This document shows, piece after piece, positions 36,798 to 46,795 of a stretch of 64,000 bases of DNA. Under the pieces are notes generated by a model. That model was not told where the DNA came from and ran no database searches. It worked only from the letters and a program-made list of their open reading frames with translations. The position numbers were made by a program, and so were the translations under genes. The stretch is from Ruminococcus sp. (GTDB taxonomy: Bacteria; Bacillota; Clostridia; Oscillospirales; Acutalibacteraceae). Each line of letters opens with the position of its first letter. The stretch's first letter is position 1. The stretch covers positions 2,550-66,549 of the forward strand of contig JBGUUJ010000035.1 in assembly GCA_045133455.1 (NCBI GenBank), given 5' to 3'.

Positions 36798-39331
36798 TTC
36801 CTATTCTTTACAAGGCAGATGCAGTTGATTTTTCAACATTTGGCATAGGTGCTTTATCTGAATGTACCTTATGTGAAGTAACGGAAGAGCGAAACGGTAC
36901 ATTTGAATGTACCTTGAAATATCCTGTTTCGGGCATACTGTTTTCTGAACTTAAAAACGAACGGCTGATAAAGGCAAAACCTAACGATACATCAAAGGAA
37001 CAGCTTTTCAGAATTTATCGTATTACAACGCCCATAAACGGAATCGTAACAATCTACGCTCAGCACATTTCCTATGACCTTTCAAATATAGCCGAGCTTA
37101 TGTGGTCGAGCGCTTTGATTTCTCCCTCGCTTGCGATGAGCAGACTTTTTACAAAAACGACATCAACACACAATTTCAAATGCAGTACGGACTTTTCCTC
37201 TGCAAAGCCTTTTTCGATTTCAAAGCCAATGAGCGTAAGAGCCTGTCTTGGCGGCAGTGAGGGTTCAATGCTTGACCATTGGGGCGGTGAGTATGAATGG
37301 GATAACTTCAATGTGATACTTCATTCAAAGCGTGGCAAGGACAACGGTGTTGTAATCGAGTACGGCAAAAACCTGACGGATATGGAGCAGGACAATGATT
37401 TTACAGATGTATATACAGATATTCTGCCCTATGCAGTTTTTTCTGATGAGAATACGGAAAAGGTTATTACACTTTCCGAGATCACTCTGCCTATTATCGA
37501 CAATCCCAAAAGGCAGAAAACGCTGATAAAGGATTTTACTGAGTTATTTGAGGATAAATCAAGCATAAACGAAAACAGCCTGCGTAATAAAGCAAAGAAT
37601 TTCATAAAAGCAAATCCCCTCGGAGTAGAAACTCCGACATTGACAGTTGCATTTGAGCCACTTTGGAAACAGCCGGAATACTCGGCAATTTTAGAGCGAG
37701 TATCCCTCTGCGATACGGTCACAATCAGACATTCTGCATTAGGCATCACAGCAAAATCAAAGGTCATAAAAACCGTCTATGACTCACTTGCAGAGAAGTA
37801 TGTGTCAATCACTCTCGGCAGTGCAAAGTCCAATTTTGTGAACACAGTTGGTGATATTAAAACAGAGCTTTCGGAGGTAAAGAACAAGACGGAACATTTT
37901 CCGCTCCTCATAAACACCGCAGTGAAAAATGCAACCTCACTCATCACAGGTCAGAACGGCGGCTATGTAGTAATCAACACAAACAGCGTAAGCGGTCAGC
38001 CGTATGAGTTGCTTATTCTTGATGCTCCTACAATTGAAAGCGCCGTCAATGTATGGCGGTGGAATGTTGGTGGCTTAGGCTTTTCAAAGAACGGCTACAA
38101 CGGTCCTTACGAAACTGCAATAACCTCTGACGGACAGATAGTTGCAGACTTCATCACAAGCGGAAGTCTTACTGCAAATATCATAAAAGCCGGAGTTATA
38201 AGCTCCTTTGACAATTCCTCTTGGTGGGATTTAGAAAGCGGAGAGGTTCATCTGAAAGCCTATGCTACTAACGATTCAGTAAATCAGCTCAAGGGAACAG
38301 TTTCGGCTGTTACAAAAAAGACTGCTGAATTGCAAGTCAATACTGAACGCATAAGCAGTGCAATTTCTTCTCTTACTACAACAGTTGAAACGATAGACAA
38401 CACTCTTAAAACTGAACAGGCGCGAGTTGCTACTGTACAAAACAAAATATCAGTTCTTGAGCAGACCTCCGACAAGATAAGCAGTACAGTTTCTTCTCTA
38501 ACTGAAACGGTTGAAACGATTGACAGCACTCTTGAATCGGAGCAGGAGCGAGTAACCAACGCTGAGAACAAAATATCCGTTCTTGAACAGGCCGCAGACA
38601 ACCTTTCCGTAAAAATCGAGGAGCAGTATGTAGGCGGTATGAACTACATACAAAATTCCGCAGGACTTAACGGAATGAGCGATGACTGGGAATATTCGGG
38701 CAGTGTAAGTACCGGCACTTCAACCGACATCAGCAGCAACACAAGCTCCAATTCCTGCTTTATTATGGGCAGCTCATCAACCCTCAGTCAGACGGTAAAT
38801 GAAATCGTTCCCGACAGGTCATATACGGTATCAATCCGAGCAAGAAAACCGTATTCAGCATATACCGCATATTTCTACATTCAATACAACGGCATAAAAA
38901 AGGAATATCTTTTCAACACAACTGATTCCTTTGACTGGACTGATTTTTCCGTTGTACTGCCTGATGTGTCCGACTCGTCAATCACCATATGTGCATACAG
39001 CCGTTATTCACCTTTGTATATCTCCGACATTATGCTCACAGACGGAAGTATAGCACGAAAGTGGACTCCTGCGCCCAATGAGATATACACAAATGAGGTA
39101 AAAATCGACCGCAAGGGTATTGAGGTTTCAAACAGTAAATCAAAGCAGAAAACCGTTATTACAAATACAGAGTTCTCCGGCTACTACAACAATGAGAAGA
39201 TTTTTACACTCAACAAGGACGAAACGCAGACGAAGAAAACAACGGTTGACGGAGAACTCACCATAGGCAAAACAAAGTTTATTCCTATGGCTGATACTTC
39301 ACAGGGACTTAACATTGTAATTCTTGATTAA
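36794..39331 (+). CDS. tail-associated (Tal-like) prophage tail endopeptidase-family protein with coiled-coil repeats
   Basis: MIPILYKADAVDFSTFGIGAL... start typical of this family; position after Dit. Confidence 0.7.
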   Translation: MIPILYKADAVDFSTFGIGALSECTLCEVTEERNGTFECTLKYPVSGILFSELKNERLIKAKPNDTSKEQLFRIYRITTPINGIVTIYAQHISYDLSNIAELMWSSALISPSLAMSRLFTKTTSTHNFKCSTDFSSAKPFSISKPMSVRACLGGSEGSMLDHWGGEYEWDNFNVILHSKRGKDNGVVIEYGKNLTDMEQDNDFTDVYTDILPYAVFSDENTEKVITLSEITLPIIDNPKRQKTLIKDFTELFEDKSSINENSLRNKAKNFIKANPLGVETPTLTVAFEPLWKQPEYSAILERVSLCDTVTIRHSALGITAKSKVIKTVYDSLAEKYVSITLGSAKSNFVNTVGDIKTELSEVKNKTEHFPLLINTAVKNATSLITGQNGGYVVINTNSVSGQPYELLILDAPTIESAVNVWRWNVGGLGFSKNGYNGPYETAITSDGQIVADFITSGSLTANIIKAGVISSFDNSSWWDLESGEVHLKAYATNDSVNQLKGTVSAVTKKTAELQVNTERISSAISSLTTTVETIDNTLKTEQARVATVQNKISVLEQTSDKISSTVSSLTETVETIDSTLESEQERVTNAENKISVLEQAADNLSVKIEEQYVGGMNYIQNSAGLNGMSDDWEYSGSVSTGTSTDISSNTSSNSCFIMGSSSTLSQTVNEIVPDRSYTVSIRARKPYSAYTAYFYIQYNGIKKEYLFNTTDSFDWTDFSVVLPDVSDSSITICAYSRYSPLYISDIMLTDGSIARKWTPAPNEIYTNEVKIDRKGIEVSNSKSKQKTVITNTEFSGYYNNEKIFTLNKDETQTKKTTVDGELTIGKTKFIPMADTSQGLNIVILD
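38351..38602 (+). repeat. 2 x 126-nt in-frame tandem repeat (42-aa coiled-coil unit) inside the Tal-like gene
   Basis: ISSAISSLTTTVETIDNTLKTEQARV...NKISVLEQ vs ISSTVSSLTETVETIDSTLESEQERV...NKISVLEQ. Confidence 0.8.
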
Positions 39332-39341
39332 GGGGGTTAAT

Positions 39342-40694
39342 ATGGCAGACAAAGCGTCTATACTTAACAGAGTGGAAACGGTTTCCATTGACACTGATAC
39401 CGTACAGATTTCTCTCAATGCTACTGTTTACAACTCATCATACAAACATCAGCTGACGATAAATATACGAGGAGTTCCGATTGCAAGCGTGGATAATATA
39501 TCGTGGTCAACAGGTACTTCACAGAGGACAATAACTCTTTCAAACGACACAAAAGAGGCAGTGCAGAAATATATGTTTGAGGACAAGTCGGTAACAGCAA
39601 CCTTTGTTCTTGCAACCAGCAAGGGTTCTACTCTTATCGGCACTTCATCAAAGACTGCGACAATACGGACAAAGGCGGCAAACTCTGCACCGCTGTTTTC
39701 TGCATTCACTTGTGCCGACAGCAACAGCACCACTTCAGCCGTAACAGGTGGCAATCCCTATTACATTCAGGGTTACTCTACCTTAAAGATAACTCTGGGA
39801 ACAGCAGAATCAAGAAACTGGTCGCAAATTACGAAATACACAGCCGTCTGTAACGGAGTGACTGTTTCAAATACTGACGGCGGTGTTTTAAATCTCGGCA
39901 AAATTTCAAAGAGCGGAAATATTACTGTAAAGGTGACGGTCACAGATTCACGAGGATACACAAAAAGCGTTTTCAAAACGATAAATGTTATCCCATATGA
40001 CAGGCCAAATGTATATTCAATTACACTCCGCAGGACTAATGAAATCGAGTCGGAAATGCAGCTTGTTTTCAGCGGTTCAATTTCAGCAATCACCATTGAC
40101 GGTACAGACAAAAACAGCCTGAAATCGGTTCGCTGCCGATACAAGAAAACAAACGCATCATCTTACGGAAACTTCATAGATTTATTAAGCTCGGTCGCAG
40201 TAAGTGGCACGAGCTTTTCTTTTTCCAATTTGGAGCTTTGCGACCTTGATGTAAATTCATCGTACAACTTCCATCTTGAAATTCGTGACGTTTTCGGCTC
40301 TATGACGGTGACGGATATGTATTTTACCGTACCGCAGGGAACTCCGCTTATTGCACTTCGCAAGAAGATGGTGGGAATTAACAACCCAAACCCAAAGGCG
40401 GCTCTTGATGTCACGGGCGAAATATATATGAACGGCTTCAGCGTTATGGGAGTACAGCAAGCTTTTATCGGTGATGATGTAAGCCTTAACGAACTGACCT
40501 CACCCGGCATCTATTTCAGACGAGCAGTACCGCAGGAAAACCTTAATTATCCGGCACTTGTGTTCGGTATGCTTGAGGTGTTTTCCTGCAGCGTAAATCT
40601 TGTAATTCAGCGTTACACCGCAAGGGATTCACCCTTTGATATGTATATTCGTTCAAGGGTGAACTCCTCGTGGAGTGCGTGGGTTAAAAAATAA
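39342..40694 (+). CDS. putative tail fibre / receptor-binding protein (DUF859-like)
   Basis: Position between Tal and holin; family guess from memory. Confidence 0.5.
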   Translation: MADKASILNRVETVSIDTDTVQISLNATVYNSSYKHQLTINIRGVPIASVDNISWSTGTSQRTITLSNDTKEAVQKYMFEDKSVTATFVLATSKGSTLIGTSSKTATIRTKAANSAPLFSAFTCADSNSTTSAVTGGNPYYIQGYSTLKITLGTAESRNWSQITKYTAVCNGVTVSNTDGGVLNLGKISKSGNITVKVTVTDSRGYTKSVFKTINVIPYDRPNVYSITLRRTNEIESEMQLVFSGSISAITIDGTDKNSLKSVRCRYKKTNASSYGNFIDLLSSVAVSGTSFSFSNLELCDLDVNSSYNFHLEIRDVFGSMTVTDMYFTVPQGTPLIALRKKMVGINNPNPKAALDVTGEIYMNGFSVMGVQQAFIGDDVSLNELTSPGIYFRRAVPQENLNYPALVFGMLEVFSCSVNLVIQRYTARDSPFDMYIRSRVNSSWSAWVKK

Positions 40695-40726
40695 AGAAAA
40701 TTTCAAAACAGAATGGAGGAATTTTA

Positions 40727-41131
40727 ATGAAACAAATCTGGAACACAATACAAATTGTTTTCTCCGCTTTTGGCGGCTTTCTCGGCTGGTTTTTAGGCGG
40801 AACAGACGGCTTTTTGTATGCACTTATTGCCTTTGTAGTTACCGACTACATAACAGGCTTGATGTGCGCTTTTACAGACCGCAATCTGTCAAGCGAGATA
40901 GGCTTTAAAGGCATCTGCCGAAAGGTGCTTATTTTCGCACTTGTGGGAATAGCAAATCTTGTTGATGTGTTTATTTTACAAGAAGCAGGAGTTCTGCGAA
41001 CAGCAGTAATCTTCTTCTATCTTTCAAATGAAGGAGTTTCAATTCTTGAAAACTCATCACACTTAGGACTGCCAATACCAGAGAAACTAAAATCTGTACT
41101 TTCACAATTACACAACAGGGAGGGAAAATGA
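40727..41131 (+). CDS. holin (phage holin family 4-like)
   Basis: Three hydrophobic segments; VTDYITGLMCA...FKGICRKVLIF pattern; immediately upstream of endolysin. Confidence 0.8.
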   Translation: MKQIWNTIQIVFSAFGGFLGWFLGGTDGFLYALIAFVVTDYITGLMCAFTDRNLSSEIGFKGICRKVLIFALVGIANLVDVFILQEAGVLRTAVIFFYLSNEGVSILENSSHLGLPIPEKLKSVLSQLHNREGK

Positions 41132-41220
41132 ATGGCTGACGAGAAAGCAATTACAACCGAGCAGGATATTCCTGCAGAAACACTTGAAAATTTATCAAAC
41201 AACAAAGGAGAGGAATAACT

Positions 41221-42144
41221 ATGGCTTACACAAACAGTAAATTAGTAAATTACACAAGAATTTCACCTAACAGAAGCGTCAACAGAAATCATAAAATTGA
41301 TACTATTTCCATTCACTGCGTGGTAGGACAGTGTTCTGTTGAAACCCTCGGCTCAATCTTTGCGTCAACAAGCAAGGAGGCATCTTCAAACTACGGTATC
41401 GGCTATGACGGACGCATCGGTTTGTATGTAGAGGAAAAGGACCGTAGCTGGTGTACCTCATCTTCATCAAACGATAACAGAGCAATTACCATTGAGGTTG
41501 CGTCTGATACATATCACCCATACAGGGTAAACAATGCCGCCTACAAGTCTTTGATTAAGCTGCTCGTTGACATCTGCAAGCGTAACGGTATCAAAAAGCT
41601 TGTGTGGTCAACAAACAAATCGGAGAGAATGAACCACCTTAACGGCTGTAATATGACAGTTCACAGAGATTATGCGAACAAGTCCTGTCCCGGCGATTAT
41701 CTTTACAATCTCCACGGACAGATTGCAAAGGAAGTAAACGCACAGCTTGGCTCAGGCACATCTTCAACGACAAACAAAACACTCTATCGTGTACGCAAAA
41801 CCTGGAAAGATGTAAAATCACAAAAGGGTGCGTTCTATGATTTGTCAAACGCAAAGAAATGTGCTGACAAAAACAAGGGTTACTCCGTATTTGACGAAAG
41901 CGGAAAGGCTGTTTACACACCAAAAGCCACGAACAGCACAAGCTCCTTCAAGGTGCAGATTTCAATTTCCGATTTAAACATCCGCAAAGGCCCCAGCACG
42001 AACTACGCCACAACAGGAAAGTTTACAGGCAAAGGAGTTTTCACCATTGTAGAAACAAAGCAAGGCACAGGCTCCGCCAAAGGCTGGGGCAAGCTGAAAA
42101 GCGGTGCCGGCTGGATTGCGTTGGACTACGCAGCAAGAATTTAA
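41221..42144 (+). CDS. N-acetylmuramoyl-L-alanine amidase endolysin with SH3-like cell-wall-binding domain
   Basis: IDTISIHCVVG...SNYGIGYDGRI...NDNRAITIEV...CPG; C-terminal LNIRKGPSTNY...GWGKLKSGAGWIALDY. Confidence 0.9.
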   Translation: MAYTNSKLVNYTRISPNRSVNRNHKIDTISIHCVVGQCSVETLGSIFASTSKEASSNYGIGYDGRIGLYVEEKDRSWCTSSSSNDNRAITIEVASDTYHPYRVNNAAYKSLIKLLVDICKRNGIKKLVWSTNKSERMNHLNGCNMTVHRDYANKSCPGDYLYNLHGQIAKEVNAQLGSGTSSTTNKTLYRVRKTWKDVKSQKGAFYDLSNAKKCADKNKGYSVFDESGKAVYTPKATNSTSSFKVQISISDLNIRKGPSTNYATTGKFTGKGVFTIVETKQGTGSAKGWGKLKSGAGWIALDYAARI

Positions 42145-42159
42145 CTGAATATCTTTCAT

Positions 42160-42202
42160 AGACCCATGGGTTTCTCTTCGGAGATTCCTGTGGGTCTTTT
42201 TT
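42160..42202 (+). terminator. Rho-independent terminator ending the late operon
   Basis: 11-bp stem agacccatggg/cctgtgggtct followed by T6. Confidence 0.8.
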
Positions 42203-42212
42203 ATCTTTTTGG

Positions 42213-42261
42213 GGAAAAACGTAAGATTTCAGTCTCTCCCGAGGCTACCGGATAGAGGGAC
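42213..42261 (+). promoter_or_regulatory. boxA/boxB-like RNA motif, copy b
   Basis: GGAAAAACGTAAGATTTCA then stem 42232-42238/42255-42261 enclosing GAGGCTACC. Confidence 0.45.
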
Positions 42262-42297
42262 AGAAAATAAGAACCCTCGGAAAGTGAGGTCAAAGCC

Positions 42298-42498
42298 ATG
42301 AAGCACAATTTGAAGATCAGTGTTTCAAAAGAACCGCAGACAGGTGGTGTAGTCACCTGCCGAAGTGTCGGTATCAGAGAGCATTTCCTGCGATTCCTGT
42401 TCGGCAGCAAGCAGCACATCACCATCCTTATCCCCGGTGACAGCGTGGACGAGGTAGCTATCTGCGAGTCTGTGAAAGGAGGTGTGAGCGGTGAATAA
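42298..42498 (+). CDS. small hypothetical phage protein
   Basis: ORF with GTGAGG RBS. Confidence 0.4.
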   Translation: MKHNLKISVSKEPQTGGVVTCRSVGIREHFLRFLFGSKQHITILIPGDSVDEVAICESVKGGVSGE

Positions 42499-42829
42499 GG
42501 TAAAGCTGATTCTTGATGTTGCCCAGCTGATGCTGAAGGTAGTTCAGGATCTGCGTACTTTATCTGACAGTGTCCAGGCGGTATGCGATGCCGTGACGGA
42601 AGGTCTGTCGGAGGAACAGCAGCCGAAGGCTATCGAGGAAAAACCTGCGGTGGAAGAGAAGCCTTCCCTTTCCCTGGAGCAGGTCAGAAGTGTTCTGGCT
42701 GTAAAAAGCCAGGCAGGACACACAGCAGAAGTCAGAGCCATCATCGGCAAGTACGGTGCAAGCCGTCTGAGCGAGATCGATGCGAAAGACTATGCAGCAG
42801 TCCTTAAGGATGCGGAGGAACTGGGCTAA
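42491..42829 (+). CDS. hypothetical phage protein
   Basis: ORF coupled to both neighbours (TAATG overlap at its 3' end). Confidence 0.4.
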   Translation: MNKVKLILDVAQLMLKVVQDLRTLSDSVQAVCDAVTEGLSEEQQPKAIEEKPAVEEKPSLSLEQVRSVLAVKSQAGHTAEVRAIIGKYGASRLSEIDAKDYAAVLKDAEELG

Positions 42830-43956
42830 TGGGAAAACACGCAGTATTATCCGCTTCCGGTTCTCACAGGTGGCTCAACTGTTCCCCGTCGGCAAGACTG
42901 GAACTGGAATTTGAGAACACCTCTTCGGAAGCGGCAAAAGAAGGAACTGCCGCACACGCTCTGTGCGAACACAAGCTGAAGAAGGCTCTGAAAAAGAGAA
43001 GCAGACGTCCTGCATCCGAGTATGACTCCGATGAGATGGAAGAATGCACAGACGGCTATGTTCAGTTTGTCATGGAGCAGTATGAGGCGGCAAAGCAGGT
43101 CTGCACCGACCCGATCATCCTCATCGAACAGCACCTGGATTTCTCCTGCTATGTACCGGATGGCTTCGGTACCGGAGACTGCATCATCGTTTCTGACGAT
43201 ACCCTCCACATCATCGACTTCAAATACGGACTCGGTGTTCTGGTGGATGCAGTGGATAATCCGCAGATGATGCTGTATGCGCTCGGTGCCCTGGAACTCT
43301 ACGATGCCCTCTATGACATCAAAGAAGTCTCCATGAGCATCTTTCAGCCGAGGCGTGAGAATGTCAGCACGTGGACCATCCCGACCTCGCAGCTGAAGGA
43401 GTGGGCAGAAAACGAACTGAAGCCGAAAGCCATCCTGGCATACAACGGTGAGGGGGTCTATGTTCCCGGCGAATGGTGTACCTTCTGCAAAGCCTCTGCA
43501 AGGTGCAGGGCAAGAGCCGAAGAAAAGCTGAAGCTGGCACAGTCCGAATTCAGACTCCCGCCGCTTCTGACCGATGCGGAGATCGAAGAGATCCTCGCAA
43601 TCATCCCGGACCTTACAAAATGGGCAAACGAGATCACAGCATATGCCACTGACGCTGCCGTAAACCACGGCAAGGAGTGGGCCGGATTTAAGGTGGTCGA
43701 AGGGCGCTCCGTCCGTAAGTACCGTGATGAGGAGAAGGTCGCAGAAGCCGCAAAGGAACACGGCTACACAGACATCTACCGTCAGTCCCTCATTCCGATG
43801 ACGGAAATGCAGAAGCTGATGGGCAAGACCAAATTTGAGGAAATTCTCGGTGACCTCATTTACAAACCACCGGGCAAGCCGACACTCGTACCTGCATCGG
43901 ACAAGCGTCCGGCTATGAACATATCAGACGCCAAAAACGACTTTAACGAAATCTAA
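42829..43956 (+). CDS. DUF2800-type PD-(D/E)xK (Cas4/RecB-like) nuclease
   Basis: LSASGSHRWLNCSPS start; GTGDCIIV...IIDFKYG; C-terminal Cys cluster CTFCKASARC. Confidence 0.75.
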   Translation: MGKHAVLSASGSHRWLNCSPSARLELEFENTSSEAAKEGTAAHALCEHKLKKALKKRSRRPASEYDSDEMEECTDGYVQFVMEQYEAAKQVCTDPIILIEQHLDFSCYVPDGFGTGDCIIVSDDTLHIIDFKYGLGVLVDAVDNPQMMLYALGALELYDALYDIKEVSMSIFQPRRENVSTWTIPTSQLKEWAENELKPKAILAYNGEGVYVPGEWCTFCKASARCRARAEEKLKLAQSEFRLPPLLTDAEIEEILAIIPDLTKWANEITAYATDAAVNHGKEWAGFKVVEGRSVRKYRDEEKVAEAAKEHGYTDIYRQSLIPMTEMQKLMGKTKFEEILGDLIYKPPGKPTLVPASDKRPAMNISDAKNDFNEI

Positions 43957-43971
43957 GGAGGATTTTCTATT

Positions 43972-44520
43972 ATGGCTATTTCTAATAAGACCAAGGTTAT
44001 TACCGGTATCAACACTCGTCTCTCTTACTTCCACGGCTGGGAGCCTGTTTCCATCAACGGCGGTGCGGAGAAGTATTCCGTTTCCGTACTTATCCCTAAG
44101 AGCGACACCGAGACTGTGAACGCAGTCAACGCAGCGATCGATGCTGCCATCGAGGAAGGCATCGCCAAGTTCGGCGGCAAGAAGCCTAACAAGGCGGCTA
44201 TCAAGACTCCTCTCCGTGACGGCGATGTGGAGCGTGAGGATGAGGCCTACAAGGGTCATTACTTCATCAACGCCAACAGCACTACTGCACCTCAGATCGT
44301 TGACCGTTCGGTGAAGCCTATTCTGGACAGAGGTGAGGTGTACTCCGGATGTTATGCCCGTGTCAGCCTCAATTTCTACGCTTTCAACTCCAACGGTAAT
44401 AAGGGTATCGCCTGCGGTCTGGGTAACATCCAGAAGATCCGTGACGGTGAACCTCTCGGCGGCAAGACCTCTGCAGCAGATGACTTCAGCACTCTCGCCG
44501 ATGACGATTTCCTGGCATAA
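43972..44520 (+). CDS. DUF2815-type ssDNA-binding-like protein
   Basis: KVITGINTRLSYFHGWEP start typical of this family; partner of DUF2800 and PolA. Confidence 0.7.
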   Translation: MAISNKTKVITGINTRLSYFHGWEPVSINGGAEKYSVSVLIPKSDTETVNAVNAAIDAAIEEGIAKFGGKKPNKAAIKTPLRDGDVEREDEAYKGHYFINANSTTAPQIVDRSVKPILDRGEVYSGCYARVSLNFYAFNSNGNKGIACGLGNIQKIRDGEPLGGKTSAADDFSTLADDDFLA

Positions 44521-44532
44521 GGAGGTGCGAAG

Positions 44533-44724
44533 ATGGATTCTGTTATGGTAAGCACTGTCCTTGTCAACATCCTGCTCGGATGCTTCTGCCTCACCGTTCT
44601 CTCCTGGGTGCTGGTGGGAGTGGAGACCTTCATCCATGACCGCAAGCGTGAGAAGCGTGAAGAGGAATCCGCAAAGCGTGATGCCGACTATCACCTGAAG
44701 CGCATGAAGCAGCTGGACAAGTAA
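44533..44724 (+). CDS. small membrane protein
   Basis: One hydrophobic helix; RBS AAGGAGG. Confidence 0.5.
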   Translation: MDSVMVSTVLVNILLGCFCLTVLSWVLVGVETFIHDRKREKREEESAKRDADYHLKRMKQLDK

Positions 44725-44746
44725 TCCGGTAACTACACACATGAAG

Positions 44747-44786
44747 GAGGCGGTATGGAGAGGGATTTCTGTACCGCCTCTTTTTT
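44747..44786 (+). terminator. Rho-independent terminator-like hairpin before polA
   Basis: gaggcggta/taccgcctc 9-bp stem followed by T6. Confidence 0.6.
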
Positions 44787-44800
44787 CATTGGAGGCGAAT

Positions 44801-46741
44801 ATGAAGAATATAGAAATCGATATTGAGACATTTTCTTCGGTCAACCTTGCCAAGTCCGGTGTGTATCGCTATGTGGAGGCTCCGGATTTTGAGATCCTGC
44901 TGTTCGGATACAGCGTGGACGGAGGTGAGGTGAAAGTGATAGACCTTGCTTCCGGAGAGACACTGCCGAAGGAGATACACGATGCCCTGGGGGATGAATC
45001 CGTCACTAAATGGGCCTTCAACGCACAGTTTGAGCGTATCTGCCTGTCCAGGTTCCTAGGCTATCCCACCGGAGAATACCTTGATCCGGAGGGCTGGAAA
45101 TGCAGTATGGTATGGTCTGCTTACATGGGTCTGCCTTTATCTCTGGAAGGCGTGGGTGCCGTACTGGGACTTGAAAAGCAGAAGCTGACCGAGGGCAAAG
45201 ACCTGATCCGTTATTTCTGTGTGCCCTGCAGTCCAACCAAGACCAACGGCGGCAGAACAAGAAATCTGCCGGAGCATGATATGGAAAAGTGGGATCGCTT
45301 CAAGGCATACAACATCCGTGATGTGGAAGCGGAGATGCAGATACAGGAAAGGCTTGTGAAGTTCCCTGTGCCGGATTCGGTGTGGGAGGAATATCACCTT
45401 GACCAGGAGATCAACGACAGAGGCATTCTGGTAGACATGCCTTTTGTGGAGCAGTGCATTGAGATCGACCGTGTATCCCGTGACAGCCTGACTGCGGCCA
45501 TGCAGGCACTGACGAAACTGGATAATCCGAACTCGGTAGTTCAGATGAAAGGCTGGCTTGCAGACAACGGACTTGAGACTGATACCCTCGGCAAGAAGGC
45601 GGTGGCGGCACTGATGAAAGATGCACCTGACCACCTGGCAGAGGTGCTTGCTCTGCGTCAGCAGCTTGCCAAGTCATCGGTGAAGAAGTATCAGGCAATG
45701 CAGAATTCTGTGTGCGCCGACAACCGTGTCAGAGGGATGTTCCAGTTCTACGGGGCCAACCGAACAGGCCGCTTCGCCGGAAGGCTGGTGCAATTGCAGA
45801 ACCTTCCTCAGAACCATATGTCCGACCTGGCTGAAGCGAGAGATCTGGTGAGGTGCGGCGATTATGATGCTTTGGATTTGCTTTACGATGATATCCCGGA
45901 TACTTTGTCACAGCTGATCCGTACTGCCTTTATCCCTCCTGAGAATAAGAACTTTATCGTGGCGGACTTTTCTGCCATTGAGGCGAGAGTTATTGCATGG
46001 TTCGCAGGAGAAGCATGGCGTTCCGAAGTGTTCAAAAGTGGCGGCGATATCTACTGTGCATCGGCATCGCAGATGTTCGGTGTGCCTGTAGAGAAGCACG
46101 GCATCAACGGTCACCTCAGACAGAAGGGCAAGATTGCAGAGCTGGCACTCGGCTACGGCGGTTCCGTAGGTGCGCTGAAGGCTATGGGTGCCCTTGAGAT
46201 GGGGCTGACCGAAGAGGAACTTCCTGATCTGGTATCTGCCTGGCGGCAGTCCAATCCGAACATCGTCCGCTTCTGGTGGGATGTGGACAGTGCGGTCAAA
46301 AAGGCTATCAAGGAAAAGACCACCCAGTCCATCCACGGCATCAGCTTCTGCTGCAGGAGCGGCATGCTGTTTATACAGCTTCCCTCAGGACGAGTTCTTT
46401 CCTATGTGAAGCCACGTATGGGTGAAAATAAGTTCGGCGGTGAATCCGTGACCTACGAGGGTGTCGGCGGCACAAAGAAATGGGAGAGGCTTGAAAGCTA
46501 CGGTCCCAAGTTTGTGGAGAACATCGTCCAGGCAACAAGCCGTGACATTCTGATGTATGCCATGCGGACACTTCAGTGCTGCAGTATCGTAGCCCATGTG
46601 CATGATGAAGTGATCATCGAGGCAGACCCTCGCATGAGCCTTAGCGCTGTCTGTGAGCAGATGGCAAGGGTGCCTGCCTGGGCAGAGGGACTTCTGCTCC
46701 GTGCTGATGGCTATATCTGTGATTTTTACAAAAAAGATTGA
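44801..46741 (+). CDS. family A DNA polymerase with 3'-5' exonuclease domain
   Basis: Exo I IDIETFS; motif A DFSAIEARV; motif B RQKGKIAELALGYGG; motif C VHDEVI. Confidence 0.9.
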   Translation: MKNIEIDIETFSSVNLAKSGVYRYVEAPDFEILLFGYSVDGGEVKVIDLASGETLPKEIHDALGDESVTKWAFNAQFERICLSRFLGYPTGEYLDPEGWKCSMVWSAYMGLPLSLEGVGAVLGLEKQKLTEGKDLIRYFCVPCSPTKTNGGRTRNLPEHDMEKWDRFKAYNIRDVEAEMQIQERLVKFPVPDSVWEEYHLDQEINDRGILVDMPFVEQCIEIDRVSRDSLTAAMQALTKLDNPNSVVQMKGWLADNGLETDTLGKKAVAALMKDAPDHLAEVLALRQQLAKSSVKKYQAMQNSVCADNRVRGMFQFYGANRTGRFAGRLVQLQNLPQNHMSDLAEARDLVRCGDYDALDLLYDDIPDTLSQLIRTAFIPPENKNFIVADFSAIEARVIAWFAGEAWRSEVFKSGGDIYCASASQMFGVPVEKHGINGHLRQKGKIAELALGYGGSVGALKAMGALEMGLTEEELPDLVSAWRQSNPNIVRFWWDVDSAVKKAIKEKTTQSIHGISFCCRSGMLFIQLPSGRVLSYVKPRMGENKFGGESVTYEGVGGTKKWERLESYGPKFVENIVQATSRDILMYAMRTLQCCSIVAHVHDEVIIEADPRMSLSAVCEQMARVPAWAEGLLLRADGYICDFYKKD

Positions 46742-46790
46742 GAAACCGTAAGATTTCACCTCCTGCCAAGGCTACCCGGTAGGAGGTGTG
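46741..46790 (+). promoter_or_regulatory. boxA/boxB-like RNA motif, copy c (hairpin sequesters the downstream SD)
   Basis: AGAAACCGTAAGATTTCA then 11-bp stem 46757-46767/46778-46788 (one G-U), loop AAGGCTACCC; the 3' arm is the AGGAGGTG RBS of ORF 46796. Confidence 0.55.
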
Positions 46791-46795
46791 ATTTT

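Noticed and set aside
42847-44853. Long antisense ORFs 42847-43761 and 43924-44853. The same applies to 3800-4648, 12244-12765, 12762-13298, 14319-15083, 45137-45634, 47501-48103, 49366-50181, 59140-59787 and 60096-60866, all on the minus strand.
   Set aside because: They are shadow ORFs opposite well-supported plus-strand genes with clear motifs. They have no RBS and low-complexity Arg/Cys/His-rich translations.
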